This document shows positions 24,444 to 36,466 of a stretch of DNA of 64,000 nucleotides, piece by piece. The position numbers and the translations under genes were made by a program. The notes under the pieces were generated by a model, which was given only the letters and a program-made list of their open reading frames with translations, was not told the DNA's origin and ran no database searches. Location: the NCBI RefSeq assembly GCF_000143415.4, contig NW_003314324.1, forward strand, positions 472,011 to 536,010. Direction: 5' to 3'. The first letter of the stretch is position 1; each line of letters starts with the position of its first letter. The stretch comes from Selaginella moellendorffii (lineage: Eukaryota > Plantae > Lycopodiophyta).

Positions 24444-25566
24444 TGTCTGAGTAGTAGCAACATCAACCTTCATTGGAACAGGACCGTCTTCCACAGGAAG
24501 TGGAGCTAAAGGACATGTAGTGAGAAGTGGAAGAGGTGATGCCTCATAATGTTGTGCCAAGTGAAGGGCATTATTAAGGGTGGCTGGGCAAGTGCACGCA
24601 CAAGTCCTACAAGATCTTAAAGAAGTGCTAGTCACAACATTCCTAGCTTGATCCGCTCCGACATATTTGGCTTTGCATGAAGCAAGAGGTATCGGAAACA
24701 AATGCAAAGTTGCATCACCGATTCAGATGGCCTTTGACGAAAACGATATAATTGTTGGAAGGTGTCATCATAATCATCAGCATGTCCAAATGTGTGTTTG
24801 AAGACATCTAGGAGAATACTCCAATCCCCATGAGTGGCTGTGCTCAAACCATTATACCACTGTAGCACCATCCCTTAGAGACACATGGGAAACTCACACA
24901 AACGTTAAACATCATCCTAAGAATGATATGTGGCAATCACCGTGAAATGATTGAACCAATGGTACACATCATCCCTAAGATTCCCATGAAAGAAATTCGA
25001 CCGAACGCAAGGATTGGCACCAAGAGCAAGAGGAGTTGTACCATATGTTATGAATGCTGCCATCAACTAGTTGTTCAACTGCAATCATATAGCATCGAAC
25101 AATTGCACTAATTACTGCTCCAGAGTTAAAGGAGGAGGAGATTGCTACTTTACGAAGAAGATGAATGAAAAGGAAAAAAAGTAAAAGCAAAGAAATGAAT
25201 AGAAAGAAAGGGAGATCTAGACAATGCAAAAACTAGATCTAAACAAAAGGAAAGAATAAAAGAAAGAAAACAGAAAAACTGGATTTAGATGATACAAAAG
25301 CTAAATTTAAACCAAAATCCCAAATCCAAACACTCCTCAAAGACAATCAAAGATACCTCTCACCTCCACCAATGTGAGTGCATGGAATATGGCAATGTAA
25401 GTGCATGGAATATGAAAAGGGAATACAAAAAATGTGCATATCAATTAGCCCAAAAACCCTAATTTATATATAAAAGCAAGTGGTTTGAATTGAAACTAAT
25501 CTAACAACTACCAAAATCCCACTACGCTAATATTAGTATATGGCATCATAGCCATACACTTACACA
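24444..25566 (-). mobile_element. Truncated Ty3/gypsy (5' LTR 25373-25566, PBS, gag relic), same family as 31249-38236
   Basis: Reverse complement matches 31250-32100 and the LTR at 38062-38236. PBS TGGTGGAGGTG (tRNA-Ala-like) at 25361-25371. gag-like GPVPMKVD. Confidence 0.8.
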
Positions 25567-26779
25567 TGTTTAGTATTATTTCTTAACCTAATTGATCAAT
25601 CCAACTTAAAAATAGAATAAACTAGAATATACTAAAAAAGTGTTTAAATACAAAACTAATCTAATTATTAAATGGTAGAATATCTTAAAATATCAAAGTT
25701 AGTGGTAAAGGTGGTTACCCAAGGCCCAATATCCCAACACCCTTAATCAATTAGAATATAATATTTTATTTATATTCTCTTTCTTTCTATATTTCATCCT
25801 TAACCAATTGGAAAAAAATATACATTTTTATTCATATGCCCTATTCCTATATTTCCTGATTCTTTTGCTAAATATTAATCAAATATATAGTATAATTCCT
25901 TTAGTTAATCAATAGATTTTAGATTTCCAGGAAGTCACCTAACCCATTACTATTTAATAATATTTAACCTAAATATTTTAAAATTCTTAACTAATTTAAA
26001 AATGGTTCTTTCCCTTTATATTTGAACTTTTATGCAAGTCATTTTCTTTGATTACTCACAATTTACAAATAAGTTAAAAAATATATGCAACTAGTATGGT
26101 TATATTGTTCTAGGAACAATAACTTTGTTTGAACATAATATTTTTTTGGATTGCTTCCAATAGTTTTTGCAACTTAGTGGGAACAAAATGAAAATTCAAA
26201 GATTTGCAATCTAAGAATCAAAAGAATTCTTTAAATGATGGTGAGTTATCTCATGGCCATATCAAAACATTAATGACCTCTAAGTGGTAGCTTAAACAAA
26301 TATAATTATTTCATGGTTTTAATATTTTATAATCCAAAAAACCAAGTGGGAAAGCAAATGTAAATATGGACAAAGGATAGGAGTCTTGTATTACAAAAAA
26401 ATCAAGTAGTACATTTTTTTTTTAATGGGTTTGGTCTATATTTAAGATATAGTATTAAACACTGATTACAAATGCTCTTCCTTCGACTCTGGAACAGCAA
26501 TTAATGTAATTGTTTGATGTTATATAATTGCAGTTGAAAAATTAAACTCAATTGATGGTGGTGTTTATGTATAACTCTTCCTACTCTTATTGTCAATCCT
26601 CGTGTTCATCTAGAATTCTTCCATAGAAATGATGTGTAGTGAAAAAATTATAACTGCTAGATTAAGGTATATTCTAAAATACACCTAAATATTTATAGTA
26701 TAATCCTTTTACATTTAATTTTTGATAAATATAATGAGAATATAAATTACCACCTACATTCAAACAAGCACCAAGAGAC

Positions 26780-28525
26780 ATGACGAAGGTGGCACTGTTG
26801 GTCGTTCTCTCGGCTGCATGCACCTTCTTCTCCGGATTCCAAAACGTTGCCATTTGTTCTTGGCTCCAGCCATTTCTCCTCTTGCATTTCTTCCACAAGT
26901 CAGGGATTTCGCGCAATTCTTTCTCATGGCGCTCCGCGGCGCTCACAATCCTCCTGGCGCTCCTCCTCCAGACCACCGCCGCGAGCCTGGCGTTCCTGGC
27001 ATTCTTCCCGGGAAAGGTGAGCCCGGACAGCTCCACGGCCAGCAGCGTGCCAATTGTGGGAATAATCTGGGCACTGGCGCTGTGGATGTTTCTTCTCCTC
27101 CCATTTCTTGCAAGCATCGGCTACAGGAAGCGTTTTGACCGAGCAAGAACGTCCCAGCCGCTGGTATTCGCGTCCATCTGGACCACGGCGTGGTTGTTGT
27201 GGAATCGACTCGGCGGCGTCGGCTCCTTCCTCCATCCCGCCGTTTCCCAGGTTACAATCTTGCCGCTGGTGATGAGCGCCGGTGTGTGGGGGATCGATGG
27301 GATCGCATTCCTCATGGCGTGGTTCTCGGCGATTCTCCACGACAGGGCCGTTCTCGACGAGAATCTTTCCAAGATGGAGAAATCCGATAAGAAGCGTGCT
27401 ACGCAGCTGCATCGCGGCCACTCCCTGGCGTTTGGAGCCATTGCTCTCTCGATCTTGTTCTACGGCAGCGCCAGGGTCTCCATTTTCTCGGGGGATTTCT
27501 TCCAGAAGGACATCGCCCTCACGATGAAGAAAACAGTGCCGGTCTCTTGCGTCCTGGGCAAGGTCCTCTTCTACGAGGACATGGATGTGATGCTCAACAA
27601 GACGAACCAGCGCCTCCGAGCTGGCGATCGATTGGTCCTCTGGTCCGAGGCTGCGGTGAAACTCGACCTCAAACAGGAGAGGGATTCTCTCCAATTCAAA
27701 GCCGGACAGATCGCTTCCCAGCACGGTGCCTACGTTGGCATCACTTACGAGTACAAGGACGCGAGCGTCGGGAACTATTTCGACCTCGTTCTTCCCGATG
27801 GCTCCATTGGATTTAGCTACAGGAAATCCCACTTGGTTCCATTCATGGAGTGGTATGGAACTCCAGGGGATCCCATTCTTCCTGCCATCAAGACCGAGCT
27901 CGGCCGGATTGGAGGAGCTATTTGTTACGATTTCGAGTTTCCAGACCTGATGCGGCAGGCCGGGAAAAAGAGGTAGAGCGAAGTTATGACGGTGTTCTCT
28001 AAGTTTCTGGTGAATGTGCTAGGATTGATATCATGCTCCAACCAGCCGCGACTTGGGGAGCAAGCGGTCCCCGGGCGAAAGAGGCCGATGCTTTCCGTGT
28101 CGTGGAGAATGGCTTCAGTTGGTTTCGATGCTCCACGGGAGGCGTTTCAGCGGTTGTAGATCCATATCTCCAGACATTCGATTACAGGTGTGACAGTTTT
28201 GATCAATCAAAGCTCTCTAATATTCTTCTGTTTCTTTGGCAGGGAAGGTATCTCTGACTCGGTCTTCGCCATGGCACTCCCAGTAATCGGGAAGGCCTGG
28301 ACGCTTTACCCAAGCTACGGCTTTCTTTTCGCTTGGCTAGTGGCAGCACTCGCTGCGGTACACGTCTCCATGCTCTGCCTCCCTCTTGGAGTCGTGATGT
28401 ACATCCTTGACAAGTCCCCTCCCGCCTTTGCGTTCTACATCACTGGTGACCGATCCTTCAAGGAGTTTGAGAGGTCGGAGCTACGTTGCGTGCTGTTGCC
28501 AGAGGAATCAAGCGTGCTTGTCTAA
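26780..28525 (+). CDS. Apolipoprotein N-acyltransferase (Lnt)-like multi-TM carbon-nitrogen hydrolase; exons 26780-27972, 28023-28187, 28243-28525
   Basis: N-terminal TM helices. Nitrilase-fold triad LWSE / YRKSHLVP / AICYDFEFP. RVVENG and C-terminal TLY+TM motifs. Two GT-AG introns (50 and 55 nt) keep the frame. Confidence 0.85.
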
Positions 28526-29196
28526 GGTTCCTGTGAAGCGCAATCTGTAAAGAAGTGTATACAAAACATGGGTGATATGGACGTAGCATTTGCATTGACT
28601 TAATCGTCGTTTGGTGCAGCGAGACTAGGCCGGATACCGAAGCACCGCACGATTTGGAGGAGTCCAAGGCGTTGGATCGAGTCAGCTGGAGTATCGATTG
28701 CAAAGAAGGCAGCCCCACGCTGCCATGACGAGGGCATCGCGTTCCATCTCCATCGCTCTGACGTGTGAGCATCGTGGGGCAAAGGAATATTTGCTTTGTT
28801 AGTACCTATCATGGCAGCAAGTATCGTCGTCAGGCATTAAACATTGATCGTTTTCTAGTTTTCCATGAAGAGTTTTGAGAACATTCGCATAGAATCAAAC
28901 ACATTCCCTCACGCGGATCATCAAACACAATTTTCACCTGCTGCACTTTCCACACACCTCAATCGCTAGGTATCTGTCTGATTGAAGTTGCTTGCGATCT
29001 CTTGGAGCCCCTGGTGATTTGGTGCAGGAGGTCCACGCTCACATCCTGGAATGATGGGTGTTATATAGACAAATGATTTGTATTTTCCCATTTTGTCATT
29101 ATTTGAATTTATCAAGCATGAAACGCAATTGGTACATCTAGTCTTAAATTCTCGAGCAATTTGACAACATAATCCAGGCAGCAGTTTATTTTTTCC

Positions 29197-29909
29197 TTAG
29201 ATTCTATCAATGCCAAGCCCATACATTTGCCAGGAGAGGATACATAGCTCTGCTGCTCGCCATTTTGATATGCAGGTTCCACACTCGAGGCTCCGACATG
29301 CAGCTAAAAGGCACAGCCAATTCAAAGAAGTGGGAACAAATGGCATGTTTCCGATGAGTTCTCTTGCATTGTCAATATAACCAGCTCTTGCCAAGCCATC
29401 GATTATGCAGGAGTAATGCTGGTGACATGGCTGAATGCCACAGTCAAAAGCCATCGAAACAAAGCAACACTGCCAACTTGGCCATGAGCATTGAGAGCGG
29501 AGACAAATCCAACTTGGTGGTAAATGCCGGCCATCTGCATAGTGTGAAACAACTTAAACACAGAAACCGAATCCCCTGCTTGGGTACATGCACTGAGCAT
29601 TGCATCCCAAGAAACTTCATTCTTCCCTGGCATCTGGGCAAAAGTTTTTCTTGCAAGTGAACTCTGGCCACTAAGGCCATAGGCAGCAAGCATTATAGTC
29701 CAAGAAATTACGTCCTTCTCCACCATTGCATTGAACATGACCCTTGCTTCTACCATATACCCGTTTTGGGCATAAGCATCAAGCATGGTGTTCCAAGAAA
29801 CTAGCTGTTGGTATGGCATTTTATGGAAAACTCGTCGTGTCAAAGTCCATATCGTGTCAAAGTCCATATCTCTTGATCCTGTGTAGACATACAATAATGA
29901 ACTCCACAA
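29197..29909 (-). pseudogene. PLS-class PPR pseudogene
   Basis: VSWNTMLDAYAQNG repeats and an E-domain HYSCIIDGLARAG, split across frames. Confidence 0.8.
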
Positions 29910-30265
29910 TACTAAATTTTAACATGGCATTTTGTCAAATATGCACTTTATTATTCTTGCATCTAAATTTGCAATCTAGTGTCATTTTATATTTAGTAAG
30001 TTTTTGTAATTGTTTTAAAGACTAATTTTTGGGACTAAAGTAAAATCCTAAAGCATGCATTCTTTTACAAAGGGGGGTTTTGTTTATAAGCCTTTTTTCT
30101 ATTCTATTAGCTTAATTTAGTGCTTAACAATCTTTCAGGAATGATCATTTACAATTATATTTAGGCTATCCTTTAGTCACCATGGTACTTCTCTTAAGGT
30201 TTACCAACTTTGGTTCTCCTTCTATATTTGTCAGCCATGAGAATTAAATTAGGCTCCAATACCAA

Positions 30266-30523
30266 TGTTATACTCTTAAAGTTCTTCACCATTTAAGCAC
30301 CCTTGAGCTTTTGAGTTTTTGATGAATTCCAAATGTATAATAAGGATAATAGGTAAACTAAGCATGGTTGACTAACTTAAAGCATAATTTCACTTATGTG
30401 ATTGTCTCTATTCTGTGTTTCACTAAGGTTTAAGCCCAATCTCTATAATTCCAGAAGGGATTAGAGTGTGGCATTGCCTATCTCAAGTTCCTTCTACTGC
30501 AATGGACACTTAGCAATTTCAAC
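30266..30523 (-). mobile_element. Probable short LTR with adjacent PBS
   Basis: Minus strand TGTTG..TAACA, followed by TTGGTATTGGAGC (30253-30265) and preceded by AGGGGGATTTGT. Confidence 0.5.
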
Positions 30524-30532
30524 AACAAATCC

Positions 30533-31248
30533 CCCTACTCAATCATGTTTGGGTCGGACAAATGTGGCACCACCAACAAGGTGCACTTCATCTACAAGTA
30601 CAAGGGCCCCAAATCCGATAAGCACATCAAGCATCACCTCAAGTACCCGCCATCGCCAATGGCTGACAAGCTCTTTCACATCTACACAGCAGTGATCTAC
30701 CCGAACAACACACTCAAGATCCTCATCGATGGCAAGGAGGAGAAGAGCATTGACCTCCTCTCGAGCAACTTCAAGCTGGCCGTGATCCGGCCCAAGAGCA
30801 TCTGCGATCCCGACAACAAGAAGCCCGACTGCATCGTCCAAATCTCAATCCCTATCACCAAGATCGGCTCTAGATCCAGCCTGTCTAACTCGAAGTACTC
30901 CGGGTTCGGTATTTGCTTCAGAGCCCAGATCCCCTTGTAAGCCGAGCTGTCAATCATCGGAGGATACCACTTCCCCTTGTAGTCCAGGTTCCTCTACATG
31001 GGCCTCTTCCATTCTCCACACCCAGACGCTTCCTCACACTTTGGGTTGCTGATCTTCGGGGGTCCTCCTTGTCGTCCCAGTCCGCGGGCTTGCTAGCTTC
31101 TAGATCGTCAACCTCGTCTGGCTCGTTGTCCAGCCAGTCATTGGGCTTGACCACCTCTGAGTCCTCGATCTCCAGTGGAGCGTCCCGTCCCAATCCCCGG
31201 GCTTGGTAGCTTTTGGATCAGGGATCTTCTCCGGCTCGTCCCAGTCTT
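30533..31248. pseudogene. Calnexin gene fragment, internally inverted
   Basis: 30533-30827 is the sense copy of the calnexin exon at ~43424-43720. 30828-31248 matches ~42991-43427 in the opposite orientation. Confidence 0.92.
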
Positions 31249-32746
31249 GGGATTTTGATAACCATTAGATTGGTTTCAATTAAAATCATTTTCTTCTGTA
31301 TATAAACTATTGGTTAATTGATATGCACATTTTTATATTTCATTTCCATATTTCATGCACTCACATTTGTGAAGGAGAGAAGTAATTTTCATTGTCTTTA
31401 AAGGTGTCTGGATTTAGGATATTAGTTTAGATCTACCTTTTGTATCATCTAGATCTCTCTTTTCTTCTAACTTTTTCAATTTTTTCTCTTTTCCTTTTTC
31501 CTTTTTGTTTATCTTTATGGTAAAGTAGCAACTTCCTCCTCCTTTGGTTGATGTAATTGCTCAATGCTATATGGTTATAATTAAACAATCAAACTTAGTT
31601 AATAGTGGCATTTACGTCGCATGATACAGCTCTTCTTGCTTTTACTGTCAATCCTTGCGTTTAGCCAGAGTTCTTCTATAGGAGTTCTAGAGATGATATA
31701 TATTATTAGTTTGATCATTTTATGGTAATTGCCACAAATAATTCTTGGGATGATGCTTAGCATCTGCATGAGTTTCCCACGTGTCTCCAAGAAATGGCAC
31801 TATAGTGGTAAAATTGTTTGAGTGTAGCCACTCATGCATTCTTCCAGATGTCTTCAAATGTACATTTTGACATACCAATGATTGTGATAATACCTTCCAA
31901 CAATTGCATTGTCTTTGTCAAGGGCCATTTGAGTTGTTATTGCCAACATTTCGTCAAAATCTTGTAGTACTTATCATATTTGATAATGCTCTTCTCTCGA
32001 CAGTTACGAGACATCACCTTTTCCACTTCTCGCTACACATCATTTAGCTCCACTTTCTATAAAAGATGGTTCTATTCCAATGGAGGTTGATGCTATTACT
32101 GCTCGAGTTTAAGAACGAAGGTGAGAATGTAGTCATGGCCATGATATCCACTGTTGGATGTGTGATGAAATTGGTCACACCTATCGGTCTTGTCAATGTT
32201 TTCCGGATTAGCGACCTCTATTTTTTGGGTGGATACTTTGGCTTCAATAATGTCCTATTGCTACTACTATAGTAGAAGGTTTGAACACCTTGATGCTTAT
32301 GAGAAATGAGGAGTTGCACAAGTAGCAAAGGGTCCTTGCACAAATAAGTCAATAACCTCTTCATCTTTCTTTTGAGAGTAATATTAAGAGGTTCACTTAA
32401 TACTAGTTCATTCAATATTTACTTTCTAAGCTTGTTTTTATAACAAGAAGTCTTCTATTATTCTCTCCTTAATGGTTGATATAGGCTTGAATTTATCCTT
32501 TATTGCTTGGTCTGTTTTCGCACATTGCTGACTATATTTGCGTTGTAAAGCAAAGCCAAATTTCATTCTTTATAGTAACAGTTGTACATATAAATGTGCA
32601 CGGGATCAAGCAGACCTAGTTGTGAATATGGGCAATCTCGAGTTTGAGCTACAGTTATTGCAGATGGTGCTAAGTTAAACTTTTGACTTCATCTTTGGTA
32701 TAGATTGGTTATAACATAATCATGTTAAGTGTCACTTTGAGGCTTC

Positions 32747-32908
32747 TATAGCACACCTTATCTCTCTCCCCTTAAGCCAATTAGAAAAGGGGCAATTACT
32801 TGATGAGAGAGCCCTTAATGGCTATTTTATCCTCATTTATCCCCCAAGGTTCCAAGGATCCACGGTAACAGTATATCCAAATCTCATCCCATGATCACAT
32901 GCGTTACA
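32747..32908. mobile_element. Solo LTR of TRIM family B
   Basis: Matches 10820-10981; TSD GCTTC on both sides. Confidence 0.9.
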
Positions 32909-33651
32909 GCTTCTCTCCATTTTTTTATACTTCTTTATATTTTTTCCATTCCTTTCACTTTTGTTCTTTTACATCCCTTTACTTTTATCTCTACTTCCAT
33001 CACTTTTGTCTCTCCAGTACTTCTTCTTATATTTCCGTCTTGTTCCTCTATTCCCTCTTCCAATCCCTTCAATAGTTTTTTTGTTGTAGCGGTTGACTAG
33101 CTTGTATATTGATCTCTTTGAATTTGACCTATCATCTAGGGTTAAGATTACAATACGTCATTCTATTCCAATTAAGGATGCTCATCCAATCAATATTCTT
33201 GTTCGTCATCAGTCACAAAAAGCAATCAAGATTTTATATATAAACATCAAGGAGATGTTGGAAAGGGGTGTTGTTCGAAAATTATAGAGTCCTTGGGCAT
33301 GTGAAATTGATCTTGTGACAAAGCCTGATGGGAGTATTTATTTCTACATTGACTATCATCTGTTAAATGAAGTGACAATTCTGGATGTGTACCCTCTTTC
33401 TCACACTACTGATTTCTTGGATTGTTTGGGGAAAAGTTGTTGATTCACCAAGTTAGATATTGTTTCTGGGTACTGGCAAATGCTAATGGCCAAGGAAGAT
33501 ATTTCAAAAACTACTTTTGATACACCACTTAGTTTGTAAAAAATTTTTATGATGTTGTTTGGTTTGAATAATGTTCTAGCAACTTTCCAATGGATGATAG
33601 ATAAGGTTCTTTGTGATGCCGGAGGTGACTATTGACTTCATTAATGATGTC

Positions 33652-35206
33652 TTTTTCCATTTTACTTTAGTCACTTAATCATACCTTTGACCACTTGGAA
33701 GAGTCTCACTCACGATCTCTATAAGTCTTATTCCCAATTTGGGGACATGGTAGCCCCATGAATGGCATCTATACCACTCAACATTTGCACTTAATGTAAG
33801 TGCTCTATGTGTCTAATCTTATAATAGACACCCAAAGGTACTACTAACATATCAGTCCATTCATCTTTGTCTCATAAATAATTTAACACCACCCGTACCA
33901 TAGTCTCCTCTTCCAAAGATTAGGCCATCTGTCCATGAGTGGTCATCCTATGACCACACCTTAGCATCTTAGAATGCCTAGAGACATCAGAAACAACTTT
34001 CCCCAATATCTCTTTTTTGGTCCCCACTAAATCCCTTTCCATTCACAGTCATGCTCCCTAACATCACCACTAGGTCAAGGCGCAAAGGCCCAACAACTAA
34101 GTCTTATTGACCTCTAGGATTTCCTTGCCACATGATCACATCCTTAGTCACTACACAAGAGGATTGTTCCTTTTCTTTTCTATAGTTTGAGACTTTGGGA
34201 TGACATTTCAAAATACTTTAGCCCAACGTAAGCCTCAGGGGTACTCTCTTTACATTCTGCATTTGGGTGCTCTATCCATATGGCTAGAGCAAGGTTTCAA
34301 TGAGCCACGCCTAGTATCTAAGTAAGTAGTGCCACCCACACTTGGATTGGGAGCATTGACTAATCGATCTCTTAGAAGAGCTAGAGCTAGCTTTTAAACA
34401 CTTCACCAAGTTACTTCATTTATCCATCCGTGTTTATTATAGCCTTGGACTCCTTAGTGGTTATATCATTACCCACCACATGGGTATAGCCTTCCTTGGT
34501 CACACTAGCCTTTTCTAACCAAATTGGCTCCTCCCTCAAGGTGATACTTACCAAACCCCCCAAAGTCTAGGAGATGATCACTTTGGGCTTTCACCCTTGG
34601 ACCCGGACTCGAACTTGGACTCAAACTTGAACCCGGCCTCAGTCTCAGACTCGAACTCAACCCCAATCTTGGCCCTGGTCTTAGTCTCAGTCTCAGTTTT
34701 GGTCTTGGTCTCGGTCTCGGTCTTAGTCTAGGTCTCAGTCTCGGTCTTGGTCTTGGTTTTGTTCCCGGTCTTGATCCCTATCTTGGATTCCGTTTCAGAG
34801 TCCTTCTCGAATTCCATCTTGGATTCCTTCTCAGACTCTTTTTCGGACTTCAACTCAAATTCCTTCTTAGACTCCTTCTCGAACTCTATCTCAGACTTCT
34901 TCTTGGACTCTATCTCAGACTCATTTTTGAACTCCATCTCAAACTCATTTTTATACTTGATCTTGACACTTCCATGTGTCACGACATTTGTTATGTGTTA
35001 GTCCTTCTTATATCCCTTTAGAGACTCATTCACTGATTATTTCATGCTCATTCCTCGAGCACTTTGTTTAGAGTTCCACTCTTGCTCTCAACTTTTCAAC
35101 TTGAAGTTTTTAGTTCAAATGTGTTACACTCGTTTAGCTTACACTTTAACCACTACCACATGGCACCCTCTCAGCTCCATTTTGGGGCTTAGAGATTTGT
35201 CTCATA
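33652..35206 (-). mobile_element. Old solo LTR of family C inserted in gypsy RT
   Basis: Reverse complement aligns along the LTR at 13456-15212, including the decayed satellite. Many CpG-type changes. Confidence 0.88.
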
Positions 35207-35884
35207 GTAAAGTGCTAGATTAGCTATGGGAAGTTGGTTTAAAGCTGAAGCAATCAAAGTGCATATTTAGGTCCAAAGACACAACTTATCTTGGGTATCA
35301 TATTTCTTGTGAAGGTTTGTAAATTGATTTTGACAAATTTATAGCTATTCTTAAATTCTGTACTCTAAAGTGTGTGAATGATATGCAACACTTCTTAAAA
35401 AAAGTGCAATATCTCAGCTATTTAATTTATCATCCTTTTTTTATCATACTATACCATTGCGAGCATTGTTGAAGTTGTCAATATCATTTTTCACCTAGTC
35501 CATAGATTGTAGGCCAGCGTTTACATATCTCAAAGAGTTGTTGACAACTTCTTTAGTTTTGGTATATCTTGACTACATTTGACCTTTCATTTTATGTGTG
35601 GATGTTTTTGATATCAATCTTGGAGGTGTATTGATGCAAGAAAGTTCAATTGTGCTTGGTCAGCACCATCCCATTGCATACATCAACTGTACATTACAAT
35701 TGGCAAAGGTGAATTACTCCATGACAAAGAAAGAGTGTTTAACAACAGTTTGGGGTTTTGAGAAATTTCATGGCTATCTATATAGTTCTCAAACATTACT
35801 AAAAGGTGATTATGCTATAGTTACTTCATTATTGAAACAAAAGATTTTGGTTAGTCATACTACTCAGTAGACTTTGAAGCTTTA

Positions 35885-36466
35885 TGTAAGCTTTTGAGTT
35901 TGGACTTCCTGGGAGGTTATTTAGCCCAATACTATTCAAACCCAAAGATGTTTAACCCTAAATATCCTAAGACTCTTAACAAATTGGAAAAGGGGTGCAT
36001 TTTTATTCATGGGCCCTTTCCCTCTATATTTGAACTGACTGTTTCTCGAGATATTCTTTTTGGTCGATTACAATTCACTATGCTTCCTTACAAGTTTATA
36101 CCCTCGTGAATGGAAGTTAAGAGCTACAACTCTCCTAAGAGCCTCACTTTTTTGACATTCTACCCCTCGGGTCAAGCTCAGCCAAAAGCAAATTAGACCT
36201 ACCAAATGTTAATCTCAATATATGGTATGATTCCCTAAGCCAACTAACAAAGTTAAACTTAAGACCTACTCCAATACAAAATATGAGCTTTTGAGTTTGG
36301 ATTTCCTAGGAAGTCACCCAATCCAATACTATTCAAACCCAAGAACATTTAACCCTAAGTATCCCAACACCTTTAACTAAGGGTGCACTCTTATTCATTG
36401 GCCATTTCCCTCTATATTTAAACCCTTATGGATTATTTCTTAAGTTGTTCTCCTTGATTGCTTACA
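35885..36466 (-). mobile_element. TRIM, family D; LTRs 35885-36072 and 36282-36466
   Basis: ~186-bp direct repeats ending TTACA. Near-TSD CTTTA/CTTAA. PBS-like ctccaatacaa. Interrupts the host pol at the LKL|..YDFDV junction. Confidence 0.7.

Noticed and set aside
26924-27832. 302-aa antisense ORF (similarly 43075-43983, 48181-48894, 49051-49773, 57532-58254)
   Set aside because: Shadow ORFs opposite GC-rich real genes.
28550-29050. Possible small gene downstream of the Lnt-like gene
   Set aside because: No recognisable domain or consistent splice pattern.
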